64,000 bases of DNA from Octopus vulgaris. Taxonomy: Eukaryota. The DNA is taken from NCBI GenBank assembly GCA_951406725.2, contig OX597815.1, positions 159,774,001 through 159,838,000 on the forward strand, in the 5' to 3' direction. Under the pieces are notes generated by a model, which worked only from the letters and a program-made list of their open reading frames with translations, searched no databases and was not told the DNA's origin. Each line of letters begins with the position of its first letter. Positions within the stretch are counted from its first letter, which is position 1. Position numbers and translations under genes: made by a program. Positions 40,517-52,944 of the stretch are shown here, one piece after another.

Positions 40517-41670
40517 AATTGTGCATATATATGTATGTATGTATATGTATGTATGTATGTATGTATGTTTATCTGTAATATAGATGCAAACTTGAGTGTG
40601 GATGTGAAGTGAGATGGGCTTCTGAAACCATCTGGTTTCGAAATCTAGTCCACTATGTGGCACTTTGGATAAATGTCTTCTACCGTGAGTCTCAAGCTGA
40701 CCATTGGCTTGTGAATGAAAATAGTGAATGGAAACTTTACATAACCTGTCATGTGCATGCTTGCATGAGTGTGTGCATACGTGCGTATTTTAATGTTTAT
40801 GCTTTCCTGCATATCTTTGCTTTGACACTGTTTGACCAACAGTGGTGTTGTGCTTGTGCATCCCAGATATGTATGTACTTTGCAGTCACATAATTCAGGG
40901 TTCAACCCTACAGTGTAGTACCATGGATAAGTGTCTTCCTCTATAGCCCTGAGCTGAGCAATGTTTTATGATTGAATTTGGTAGACAGAAGTAATATGGA
41001 AGCCTGATGTGTATATGTAAACACTCACACACACATGCTATTTAATTTTAATACTCTCTAGATAAAATGCTAACATTAACCTAACTAAATGCAAATTAGA
41101 ATTGTTTGTTTTCTGCCATATATACTTATTTTCCCCAGCTGTCTTCCAAGAAATATAACATCTTTGTCTCTGCTCTCTTATACAAGGTGAATTAGCATCA
41201 TATGAATTTACCCCCAAGCTCTTCCTACTGCAGTAGTTACTGGATAATTGCTAGCAATTGTCTACATGTATCAACGAAATGATTAATGCAGTCGGCAGTA
41301 TCAGGAAATTTGCAAACTTTTTATTACATTGAAATACCGAACTGTCTCCAGTACATACCAATTTTATTTTAAACAATCTGAGATTTTACATGGTTTGCCT
41401 TCAAGCATTCGTTTTTCCCATCTTCATTTTCCTTAAACGATTTCTTTGAAGATTCTGCTCCATCTCATTAAATTGTGATGCCAGATTAGGCCAGTGATTG
41501 AGCATCACACTTCGTCTAATTTATTGTCAGTACCTACAACAATTAATTATATGGAAACAAGCAAGAGTTCTTGCTAAACTGGACAAAAGAGATTTATTGT
41601 ATTGTGAATGACATTGGCATTACTTGTTTCTCACTGACTTTTGTTTGTTTTTCTCACTTGATCATGATAG

Positions 41671-41772
41671 GTAAATAAAGTTTATATTGTATTTGATCAA
41701 CCCACCACTGTGTCAATGATTAAGATTTGGAACTACAGGAAAACACCTTCACGCGCTGCTAAAGACATTGCT
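41671..41772 (+). CDS. KATNIP: KATNIP/KIAA0556 internal coding exon
   Basis: atag acceptor and gtaagt donor. 102 nt encoding VNKVYIVFDQPTTVSMIKIWNYRKTPSRAAKDIA, with the DUF4457-type I.IWNY.KTP.R motif. Continues in frame from the previous exon. Not in the supplied ORF track. Confidence 0.93.
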
Positions 41773-42435
41773 GTAAGTATCAAATTAATTCAATTTACAG
41801 TTTGGTTTCTTATTTTCTTGGAAACATTCCCGTATAATTAAATCACATGAGAACCTTATTATTAACCATTCTTGATATTGTTTTGACAATCAACACTGTC
41901 AGTCAGAGTGTGTGTGCTTCCTTAACTGGCGACTGGAACGGAGCATATGGCATAACATGTACCTGGTCTCTGTGACTGAGGACAGTTCAAGGAGAGAGAG
42001 AGAGAGGAGAGAGACACAGCTGGTGCACCACACACCTGCTCATAGGCTGGTATTGCAATACCACCAACACCAGCATATAGATGTGTGCATGTGCCTGTGC
42101 AGTGTTTGGGTATTCAGACATAAGACAAATGGACTGGATGCCAATCATGCACTGTGGTCGGTGTGGTGGGCTCTTCTCCCCCATCCCCACCCACCGGTTT
42201 CTGACCTTGAGCCTGTGTTGGGAACTATCCTTGTGACCAAATTGGTAATATAGGATAATATAAGAGAATTAGCAACAAACACCCTCACACACAGACACAC
42301 ACACACTCTTTCCTACACCATCCAACTCTGAATATGTGTGCCTTACATCCACTGCGTGTGCAATTTAATACATATGAATGCCAGGTTCCAGTCTGATTTG
42401 ATTTGGTTTCTATGACTAGATGCCCTTCCTAATAC

Positions 42436-42497
<62 letters not shown>

Positions 42498-42714
42498 GTG
42501 GCATCCTGTACTCACGTATAATTATTTATATATGCATGTATATATACATGTAGATGTAGGTACGTACATATATGTTTGTATGTATGCATATATTTTTATT
42601 TATCACATTATTGTCTGACAGCGCCCCGCATCAGGTTCGTTCCGATTCGTTGTTTCGTTCCACCTCTTGGTTCCTGTTATTTTTATATTATGTATATATA
42701 TATATATATATATG

Positions 42715-42756
<42 letters not shown>

Positions 42757-42960
42757 TCAGGAAGGCACATGGCTCAGTGGTTAGAGCGTCGAGCTTATGA
42801 TCGTGAGGTTGTGAGTTCGAATCCCGGACCAAGCTGCATGTTGTGTTCTTGAACAAGACACTTTATTGTCCAACCCGTGCTAGCACGGAAAACGGACATT
42901 AAACGATGATGATGATGAGAGAGAGAGAGTACTTGGGCTAGATATATAAAATATACATAC

Positions 42961-43820
42961 AGGTGCAGGCGTGGCTGTGTAGTAAGAAGCTTGCTTCCCA
43001 ACCACATGGCTCCAGGTTCAGTCCCACTGCATGGCACCTTTGGCAAGTGTCTTCTGCTATAGCTTCGGGCTGACCAAAGCCTTGTGAGTGGATCTGGTAG
43101 ACAGAAACTGAAGGAATCCCATCATATATACGTATATGTTGTGTGTCTGTGTTTTCCGCCCACCATCACTTGACAACTTATTTTGGTGTGTTTACGTCCT
43201 CATAACTTAGCAGTTCGGCAAAAAGAGCCGAATAGAATAAGTACTAGGCTTACAAAGAATAAGTCCCGGGGTTGATTTGTTTTATTAAAGGTGGTGCTCC
43301 AGCATGGCCACAGTCAAATGACTGAAACAAGTAAAAGAATAAAACAATAAAAGATTATACATGCAAATAGGGAGAAAACAAAGACTTTTACTTGTTCCAG
43401 TCATTAGACTGTGGTCCTGCTGAGGCACCGCCTTTAAGTATTTTAGTCGAATTTATAGACCCCAATACTTTTTCATTTAAGCTTGGTATTCTATCGGTCT
43501 CTTTTGCCAATCCACTAGGTTATGGAGATATAATCACACCAACACCAGTTCTTAAGCAGTGGTGGGGGCAAAAGCACAGACACAAAGATACACACTCACA
43601 TAGATATACACAGACACACACACACATACGCATACACACACACACACACATATACACAAAAGGCTTCCTTCGGTTTCTGTGTGGCAAATCCACTCACAAG
43701 GCTTTGGTCAGCCTGTGGCTATAGCAAAAGACACTTTCCCAAGGTGTCACACAGTGGGACTGAACCCAAAATCATGTGGTTGAGAAGCAAGCTTCTTACC
43801 ACACAGCCTCACCTATGCCT
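42961..43820. mobile_element. Tail-to-tail inverted pair of SINE family A (+42961-43345, -43385-43820)
   Basis: Two full-length copies in opposite orientation about 40 bp apart. Confidence 0.85.
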
Positions 43821-43945
43821 TGGTATTTATATATTAACAGAACAAACTTAGATAGAGTATGAAGACACAAACAATTAAGGAGTGGTACTACTGGTCCAAC
43901 ACTCCTTTCTTGGGACTCAGAATTATGTTATAGTGTTGGCAGATG

Positions 43946-44111
43946 TACCATGTTTTAACATGAATAAGTAACCCCCTAATTTTGGGGGCTTAACATTTGG
44001 AAAAAGGTTTTGTAAGGGATTATAATACTATCCATGTATAAGAAACTCCCATATTTTTTTTAACCTATTTTTTGACAAAAAAGGGTTCCTTATACATGTT
44101 AACATATGGTA
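43946..44111. mobile_element. pogo/Tc1-like MITE
   Basis: ta-ccatgttttaacatgaataag ... cttatacatgttaacatatgg-ta inverted termini. Confidence 0.7.
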
Positions 44112-45014
44112 GTTCACAAGTCAAGGATATGGAACCAGTAGTGGAAACATAAACATTTGGTAAATCCAGCCTCTGTCTTCAGAATAACAGACAGACAGTG
44201 TGATTAGTAAGAGCAATGTGCTACAGAGTATTGGCCCTGATATTTCGATAGTACATCTACGACTACTACTACTACTACTTCTACTAAAAGATTGTCTTAT
44301 ACTGGGTCAACACCTGTTGGTGGAGTGTATTTTCCGGACTTGTCAGAAGAACTGGATTTGACAGTTATTGAATGGAAGAAATATAATTTATCTTTTTCTG
44401 CAAAATATTATTGACAATGATCAATCTTTGCGAATCATTTAACCTGAGTGAACTTGTTGAAATTTGATATAAACACATGAATAAATGATACGTGATAGTA
44501 GTTGTCATCTCTTGTTTGTGACTTTATTATCTTAAGTCTTATTCAGATTTACATCTATATATTGAGTAGGCACATGATCTTGTAGTTAGGGTTTTGCGCT
44601 CGTGATTACAAGACCATGGTTTTGATTCCCAGACTGGCAGTGCTTTGCAATCTTGAACAAAATATTTCTTATCATTTTTGCTCCAGTCCACTCAGCTGTA
44701 GATGGGTAATTCTGTAACAGACTGGTGTTCCGTTCAGAGGTACTGTTTGCCCTGTCCGCTATGTCAGTGGGGTCACATTATTTGAAAGTTAAAACCACTG
44801 TGAGGAAGTGTATTGTGACCAGTGTGTATAACAACATCTGGTAGTCTGGTCGATAGCGATATAGTGATACATCCAAATATCATTACTTCCAACCAAAATG
44901 GGAGCTGTATGTGGTCAACTGATCTACTGGAAATGACCACCAAATCTTCTTGAATCTCACTCTATCATTTAAAAAAAAGAAATGAGGAACATGTTGAGTA
45001 ATGTTTCTCTAGCT

Positions 45015-45643
45015 CAGTGGCACTCAACTGGGGTCTACGTGGCCCTTAGGGGTCCTTATAAGATTTTATTGTTAAAATTTATCTGCATTAAGGTGACGAG
45101 CTGGCAGAATCGTTATCCTGTTAGGCAAAATGCTTTGTGGCATTTTGTCTGTTTTCACATTCTGGGTTCAAATTCTGCCAAGGTCAACTTTGCCTTTCAT
45201 CTTTTTGGGGTTGATAAAATAAGTACCAGTTGAACTCTGGGGTCAATGTAATTGACTGACACCCTGCCCTGAAATTGCTGGCCTTCTGCCAAAATTTGAA
45301 ATCAGAATTTATCTGCAATAAATTGATTTATACTTCTACAATGCACAAAATATTTTAAAAAATTTTTTATACAATTCCTAATAATATTTAAGTATAAAAA
45401 TGTATTCTTTTATTCTTTTACTTGTTTCAGTCATTTGATTGTGGCCATGCTGGAGCACTGCCTTGAAAGATTTTGTTCAAACAAATCGACCCTAGAATTT
45501 TTTTTAAGCCTAGTGCTTTTACTATCAGTCTCTTTTGCCAATCTGCTGTGTTACGGGGATGTAAACACACCAACACTGGCCACCAAGCAGTGATGGTGGG
45601 GACAAACACGGACACCAAAACTTACACAAAGATATGTACATCT

Positions 45644-45680
<37 letters not shown>

Positions 45681-45935
45681 CATACATACATGATGCACTT
45701 CTTTCAGCTTCCATCTACCAAATCCACTCAAAAAGCTTAGGTCAACCTGAAGCTATAGTAGAAGACGCTTGCCTAAGGTGCCACATAGTGGTACTGAACC
45801 TAGAACCTGGAACCATATGGTTGGGAAGCAAGCTTCTTTTTTTTATAAATTTCAAATGGCTATGGTGGGATCCAGTAGAGTGAAATAAGAATCAAAGGGA
45901 TCCATAGGCAAAAAAAATTGGTTGAGAACCTCAGC
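45015..45935. mobile_element. hAT-like MITE split by nested family B and family A SINEs
   Basis: MITE segments collinear with 31545-31860; aatttatctgca duplicated around the family B insert. Confidence 0.75.
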
Positions 45936-46744
45936 TCTAGATGAACTGATTTCAATAAAGGAAAATGACTGAATCCTCATGGCTGAAACATCTTTGCTGA
46001 TCATAGATTCTACTTTTTATCAGGAATTGCCTAGTGTTAAACAACAACAGAAATAGCCTTATTTATTTTCTATTTCAAATATTTGGAAGTGTTGCAGCTA
46101 AATAAGATATCTTAGCAATTGTAATTTCAAGCTGCAATATATCTATTGGACAAAGACAGCTACTCTATATTGTTTGAGAAAGATATGAATACTTACGACC
46201 TTTATTGACAAGCAGTCTTATTTCTTTGCTGCTACTGCATCTGATAAGAAGAAGCTAATGATAGAGGGGCAGCATAAATCTTGCTTATTTTTGTTTTACC
46301 TTGTTTGCCTCTGTGTGTGTGTGTGTGTAGGTGCAGGTGTAGCTGTGTGGCTAAGATGTTTGCTTCCCAACCACATGATTTCAGGTTCAGTTCCATTATG
46401 TGGTACCTTGAGAAAGTGTCTTCTACTATAGCTCCAAGCTGACCAAAAGCTATGTAAGTGGATTTTCAAACAAAAACTGAAAGAAGCTTCAAATATATAA
46501 TGATATGTAATTGTAAGATCCAAGGATCTAAATGTAGGAAGCTAGTAATCTTCAAGCAGTCTGTAGTTGTATAAAATACAACTTTCAAGAACAATAGTAA
46601 TTTATAGCCATAGAAGAAAGTTGTAGGTTTTCCCCATACTGAAGCTCAATAAGCTGAAAAAAGGCTTTTTTTTAAAATAGTTCATGATTAGCATCTAAGA
46701 TTACTTTATATGCAAATAAAAATCCAATGAATGGAGCAGGTAAA

Positions 46745-46836
46745 ATTCAGGCTACATATGTTTTCTAGCTAGCATAACCTTGAAAGTAGTAATTACTCAA
46801 TGAGGAGTACTCTAATAGCTACTCATCAGGCCGAAT
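46745..46836 (-). ncRNA. Degenerate type-I hammerhead motif in a fold-back element
   Basis: Minus strand AUUC-GGC-CUGAUGA-GUAGCUA...UAGCUAG-aAAA-C-AUAU-G-UA-GCC-U-GAAU. GAAA is mutated here but intact (ggaaacatatgtagcc) in the inverted arm near 46947-46962. Confidence 0.6.
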
Positions 46837-47124
46837 ATACCTTAGTTAAATGAAGGTTACATTATTGTCAAGAGATTCTGAGTTAAGTCACAAATGTGAT
46901 TGAACTCCTTATGGAGAAATTATTACTTTTGGGGTTCTGCTAGCTAGGAAACATATGTAGCCTGGATTTTACCAGTTCCATTCCTTCAATTTGGATACAT
47001 ACATATGTATGTGTGTGTGTGTCTTTATCATCATGTTCATCTAACATCATTTTTCCATGCTGGCTTGAGTTAGACAGGGATAGATATGAGTGCAATTTTT
47101 GTCTCTCTTTGTCTTGATATCATT

Positions 47125-47500
47125 CTTTCTTTTATTCTTTTACTTGTTTCAGTCATTTGACTGTGGCCATGCTGGACCTTTAGTCGAGCAAATCGACCCC
47201 AGGGCATATTCTTTGTAAGCCTAGTACTTATTCTATCGGGCTCTTTTGCCAAACCGCTAAGTTACAGGGACGTAAACACACCAGCATCGGTTGCCAAGCG
47301 ATGTTGGGGGGACATACACAATCACACACATATATACATATACACGACAGGCTTCTTCCAATTTCCATCTACCAAATCCACTCACAAGGCTTTGGTCAGC
47401 TCAAGGCTATAGTAGAAGACACTTGCCCAAAGTGTCATGCAGTGGGACTGAACCTGGAACCATGTGGCTGGTAAGCAAGCTACTTACCACACAGCCACTC
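47125..47500 (-). mobile_element. SINE family A
   Basis: Similarity to the other copies. Confidence 0.87.
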
Positions 47501-49520
47501 ATGTGGACTGTCATACAAGCAGTATTATCTATTTTCAATCTTCCTTGAAAACATGTCTGGCCATGGGAGAAATATTACCTTACTTGGTAATAGGTGAAGG
47601 TTGGTGGCATGAAGTTGCTTCTGGCTGTAAAAAATCTGCCTCAGTAAATTCCATCCAACCCATGCAAGCATGGAAAAGAAGACATTAAAACAATGACATG
47701 TATATTTGTCTTTTGGCTGTTTAACTGATGTAGGAAAATTAAAAGAGTAGAACAGAAATGGCTAAAGCAGCAGAAGGGGCAGGCATACAAAATAATCTCT
47801 TATTTGCCTCTCTCTTGTCAGATTCATAAGGATACTGTCATAACATGCAACCTAACTCAGACTTTCTCTCACCAGCTTTGATAAAAGTAGATTTTTTCCA
47901 GAGAAAGACCGAGAGAAAGAGTGAGAGAGAGAGAGAGAGACTGACAGACAAAGGTGAATAGACAGCAAGAAAGTGAAGGGAGGGAGAGAGAAAATTATTA
48001 TCTGTACAGAGCTGGTACTTTATTTTACAACCCTGATAGGCAAAGTTGACCTCACCAGTATTTATTCACACTCAGAACACAGAGAACTTCAAGGTCAATC
48101 TATCTAACACTCTACCAACTTACCCAATCTATACTTGTACACAAGAGGAATACATGACCCCTCTAAACATTCGCACATCCAATCTGTGAGCAAAGATATA
48201 CTTCAAAGATTAGGATGAATGAGCTTCAAAGGATCTGTAAATGAAGAAGATTGTTCAGAGGATAACCATAATCAAAGGAAGTGAGAAGCGAGTATGTATA
48301 TGTGTTACTCCAGTTTGTGTTAGGCAACAGCTTATTTGATATTTTTTGAAAAGGATCCAAGTCCCATATTTCTGCTGATTTAAGTTTTTTCAGGTGCTAT
48401 TTTATTTTATCCACGCATAACCACACAGTTTAATGGCTGAGACAAATAAAAGATAAAAGATGTGTGTGTGTGTGCATGTGAGCATGTGTTATACATGTGT
48501 TTATGTGGGTATATATATTTGGAGTGGTTGGTATTAGGATGGGCATAAAGGCCATGTCAAAACAGACAATGAAGCCTGGTGCAGTCTTCTGCCTAGCCAG
48601 CTCCTGTCAAACTGTCCAGCCCATAACCTCGAAGCATTCAGTGAATGTATCATGATGTCTTGAACATGGCTTACCGAAGAAGATGACATAAGCATTGAAA
48701 TGGAAAGCAGACATTAAATAATGATGATGATATATGCATGTGTATACATTTATATAGCATAGAAGATGGAAATTAATTGATGATGATATACATATTTACC
48801 GGGAGGACCAGTTCTCATTTTTTATTTAACAGTGAAAGTTTTGTGGCTTCAAATTTTGGCACAAGGCCAGCACTTTCGAGGGAGGGCTTAAGTTGATTAC
48901 ATTTCCCCAAGTACTCAACTAGTACTTATTTTATCCTCCCCAAAAGGACAAAAGGTAAACTCAGCCTCAGCAGAATTTGAACTGAGAATGTAAAGATGGA
49001 TGAAATGCTGCTAAGTGTTTTGCCCCGCATGGTAATGATTCTGCCAGCTCACCGCCTTTAAAAGTGAAAGAATATTACAAATGAATATTATTCGGTTCAT
49101 CCTTCACACATCTGAAAAGGATGTAGTCTTAGATACTCTGTGCCTGAAAGAAAAGAGGGGTTGGCCACATCTGGAATGCCTTCAACCCTAGAGCTACTGA
49201 ATGAGGGCTAACCTGAGATTAAACAGCAACAATGCCTAACCACAGAATGAAATACAATAAAGGTAGCCTCCAGAGTTATTTGAACTCGAAGATGAGGATT
49301 CTGCAAGATGTGCTTAAAGCATTTACGTGAAATATTTAAATCTCTCTGGCATATTGTCATTTTAAAAATAACCACAAAGCATTCAGTGAATGTAGCATGC
49401 TGTCTTGAGCATGGCTTATCGAAGAAGATGACATAAGCATTGAAATAGGAATTTATATATTGATTTCTTTAATTGATTGACAATTGTGCAAGAGAGAGAA
49501 AAAGATGAAGATTAATAGTA

Positions 49521-49575
<55 letters not shown>

Positions 49576-49596
49576 GAAGAAGAAGAAGAATCTGCT

Positions 49597-49900
49597 TTAA
49601 ACAATGTCAGATTTTCTCATAATGTTACCTTTCCTGCTGTGCTTTTGATCAGGTATCATAAGACATGGCACCCACTGAGCAGAAACCTTTGTCATGCCAA
49701 GTTCATTGGGCAGAATATTCTCAATTCTCTCACAGGTTATGCTAATAGTGTTGGCTTTTTGATTTATAGTCAATAGCCTGTTGTTCATCTCTATCTGGTG
49801 AATATGATCAATGTTTTCCTTCATGGTGGCCGTTGCAGGCTGTCCAGGCCTCTCAGGTCATCTTCATGGCTCTCCCTTCCCTTCCTAAATTCAACAGCTC
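49597..49900 (-). pseudogene. Mariner transposase fragment (second HTH plus WVP linker)
   Basis: ENIDHIHQI..NNRLLTINQKANTISITCERIENILPNELGMTKVSAQWVPCLM matches the mariner HTH/WVPxxL region. Confidence 0.8.
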
Positions 49901-50328
49901 TAGAATCACTCCTTCATAGTCAAGCTAAGAACTTTTCAGCTTTTCAGACCTCCTCTCTTCCCCATATGTGTGTGTGTGCTGATAGATATACTTATGTCTT
50001 TAGACATTAAAAATATATGTAAATATATATATATTTGTGTGCGTGTGTGTGTGTGTGTGTGTGCATGTGTGTCCACGTAGGTTGCTGGCAGAATCATTTT
50101 CACATCAAACAAGTTGCTTAGTGACATTTCTTTACCTTCTGAGTTAAAGTACCATCAAGATCAACTTTGCCTTTCGTCTTTTTCTGGTTGATAAAATAAG
50201 TACCAGTTAAATACTGAGGTTTAATATAATCAACTAACACACCACCCATTACATTTCAAGCCTTGTGCCTATATTAGAAACATTATATGTCCATGTATAT
50301 ATGTATGTGTGTGATTGTTTATATATAC

Positions 50329-50373
<45 letters not shown>

Positions 50374-50419
50374 ATATACAAATATAAAAAGTATACATAA
50401 CTATATGCCTTTATATATA

Positions 50420-50742
50420 AGGAGCACTCCATCGGTTACGACGACGAGGATCCCAGCTGATACGATCAACGGAACAGCCTGCTCGTGAAATTAACACTCA
50501 AGTGACTGAGCAATCCACAGACACGCGTACCCCTAACGTTGTTCTCAGGGAGATTCAGTGTAAAACAGAGTGTAACAAGGCCGGCCCTTTGAAATACGGG
50601 TACAACTCATTTTTGCCAGCAGAGTGGACTGGAGCAATGTGAAATAAAGTGTCTTGCTCAAGGACACAACGCATCACTGGGAATCAAACTCATGACCTTA
50701 CAATCGTGAGCCAAATGCCCTAACCACTAAGCCATGTGCCTT
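50420..50742 (-). mobile_element. SINE with family C head/body and family D tail
   Basis: 50420-50607 matches the 3' half of 61204-61587; 50608-50742 matches 15120-15260. Confidence 0.8.
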
Positions 50743-51491
50743 CATATATACACACACATATAAAACTACAAGATTTAATTAGTTGTAATTTAGAACCCTT
50801 CTTCCTGACATAATCATGTAATAATATTAATTTTTATCTATTTCAAGAAACCATATATCTCTGTGTTATTAAGAGATATCATGATTGGATTGAACTGGTC
50901 AGATATAATGACATAACATTGTAGTATGAACATAGTCATATAGGGTTGGTTGCTCATAGAAACAGTTCTCCAAGCAAAGTATGGCTGCATCTTATTTAAC
51001 ATTCAGGCTGTTATTTAGAAATCTAATTTGTGACACAAGCCATAAAATTATTCTTCGAGATTTCATAAAAAGTAAATTAATTTTTTCCCCCCTTTTTTTC
51101 TTTTTGCCTTAAATTTCAGATTCTGCAGGATATGTTTAATCATTATTATAGTATTATGTGAGCGTGCTATAATTTCAGTCTAAATTATATGGTGTGATTG
51201 GTAAGTTTACCTCTTCATTCCAAAATAATGATGCAAGGTGAGTAAAAAGCCGTAACTCTGAATCAGAATATACTGCCTATGGTTCAATTTGAAATTGTGG
51301 CCTATGTATTATAATGTATTATATTTCCAGCATACTAAACATAGTAATTTCCCTTCATCCGTCTCATCCATTTGTAATGTGTGAGAAAAATCAAGACCTT
51401 TAAACTACAAATACAAATGAGGTTTGTAATTATATAGCAAGCAATGACGCTTAAATTATATAGTCACTTGTAATTTTCTGTTTAATTTCAG

Positions 51492-51652
51492 TTACTTGTA
51501 GATGATCTGCTAGTTTGCAATGGTAGCCTTCCAGCAGTTAACAATGCCTCTCGCGGAATCCTCCCAACTTGTGATATGCCACACCCATATCACACACTCC
51601 TGTTCACCGAGAATAAAGAAGTGTTGAAGAAAGAGCGACACACTGTTATCAG
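51492..51652 (+). CDS. KATNIP: KATNIP/KIAA0556 coding exon, near the C-terminus
   Basis: tttcag acceptor and gtaact donor. 161 nt encoding LLVDDLLVCNGSLPAVNNASRGILPTCDMPHPYHTLLFTENKEVLKKERHTVI(+AG), collinear with the KATNIP LLVDDLLVYNG...GILPTC....PYHTILFTE segment. In frame with the previous exon. Confidence 0.93.
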
Positions 51653-52576
51653 GTAACTTAGCTTTGCTGTTAGTAAGTGCACTGTGGAAATATACCAATG
51701 AGCTGAAGTGACAACTCTCTTGCTGATTAATTTATTGTCATAGCTTAAGGCAAGCTTTTATTTCAGGAGTTATTTATTTCTATGAGAATGCTTTTAAAGA
51801 GTAAAGGAAGAAAATTACATTTACTGTCATGAGAAAGGGATGTGAAAGCTAACCACTATTGCGCTTTTGCAGGCTTATGAAAAATGTAAAACAAAAATAG
51901 AAAATGCTGTAGTGTATGTTTTTGTGAGAGAGAGAGAGAGAAAGAGAGGGAGAAAGAGAACGGTTCATTTGAGAAATGTCAAAAAATATGCAAGGTTTCT
52001 TTCTTTTGAAATATATCAGAAGAACCAGAATAGAAAAGAAATAATTATATCTGTTTCCTCCCATATTTGCCTTTGTTTTATTTCCAGTATTATTTTGTTC
52101 ATTTTTTTTCTCGCTTTTGTTTTTCTTTTCTTTGTTATCTTTCTCTCTCTCTTTTTCTCTCTTCCTGTTTTTATCCGCTTTAAACATCTTTTTTTCTTTT
52201 TTTTGTTCTACATCTACACGTGTACAACTGTTTGGCAGCTCTAATCTCTAGATGTCAAGTCATGGAATTATCTTTGTGCAAGAAGGCAAAATTGCAGTAG
52301 CAGCTGGACTTAAGTACTTTACCGTAACCAAAAAAGTTTGGTGCTTCACTTACTGCTGTTGTCGACATTCAGCTTCATCCCCATTGGCTGATAAAATAGT
52401 GACCAGAAACCATGCTGGACTTGAGCCAATTAACCATAACCTCTGTTACTAAAAAAGTGGCCTTATTCTTAATCAATTTAGACTATTTTATATACACTCA
52501 GTCTTATGTTTTCAGTTCTAACCCCTCTCTTATGTACATACACTCATAAATGCTTTGCCCAAAATTTTATGCATCT

Positions 52577-52810
52577 TATTTCTTTATTGCCCACAAGGGG
52601 CTAAACATAGAGGGGACAAACAAGGAAAGACAAATGGATTAAATCGATTATATCGACCCCGGTGCATAACTGGTACTTAATTTATCGACCCCAAAAGGAT
52701 GAAAGGCAAAGTCGACCTCAGCGGAATTTAAACTCAGAACGTAACGGCAGACGAAATACCACTAAGCATTTCGCCCAGCGCGCTAACGTTTCTGCTAGCT
52801 CACCGCCTTA
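52577..52810 (-). mobile_element. SINE family B, young copy
   Basis: CpG-rich and full length; flanked by tttatgcatct on both sides. Confidence 0.88.
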
Positions 52811-52944
52811 TCTTTATGCATCTATCTACTACTCCCTTTTACTGTAAGAAACCATACTCAACTCCTGTGGTCACCTCTTTATGCTTGACTTCTAGATATA
52901 TCGTTATCGGTTCAGTGTTGACTTTGCCATGTTTATTTCTTCTA

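Larger units (their letters stand above)
27038..41670 (+). other. KATNIP: KATNIP intron (14.6 kb, GT-AG, phase 0)
   Basis: Bounded by gtgagt and atag; the joined exons give a continuous KATNIP-like peptide. Confidence 0.88.
41773..51491 (+). other. KATNIP: KATNIP intron (9.7 kb, GT-AG, phase 0)
   Basis: Bounded by gtaagt and ttcag; in-frame junction DIA|LLVDD. Confidence 0.88.

Noticed and set aside
42615-42680. CpG-rich scrap with GAAAC and CUGAUG on the minus strand
   Set aside because: The stems needed for a hammerhead do not form; probably a transposon fragment.
52252-52452. Candidate terminal KATNIP exon
   Set aside because: Phase-2 continuation from nearby AG sites hits early stops and shows no resemblance to the expected DQDV/LRP.T C-terminus.
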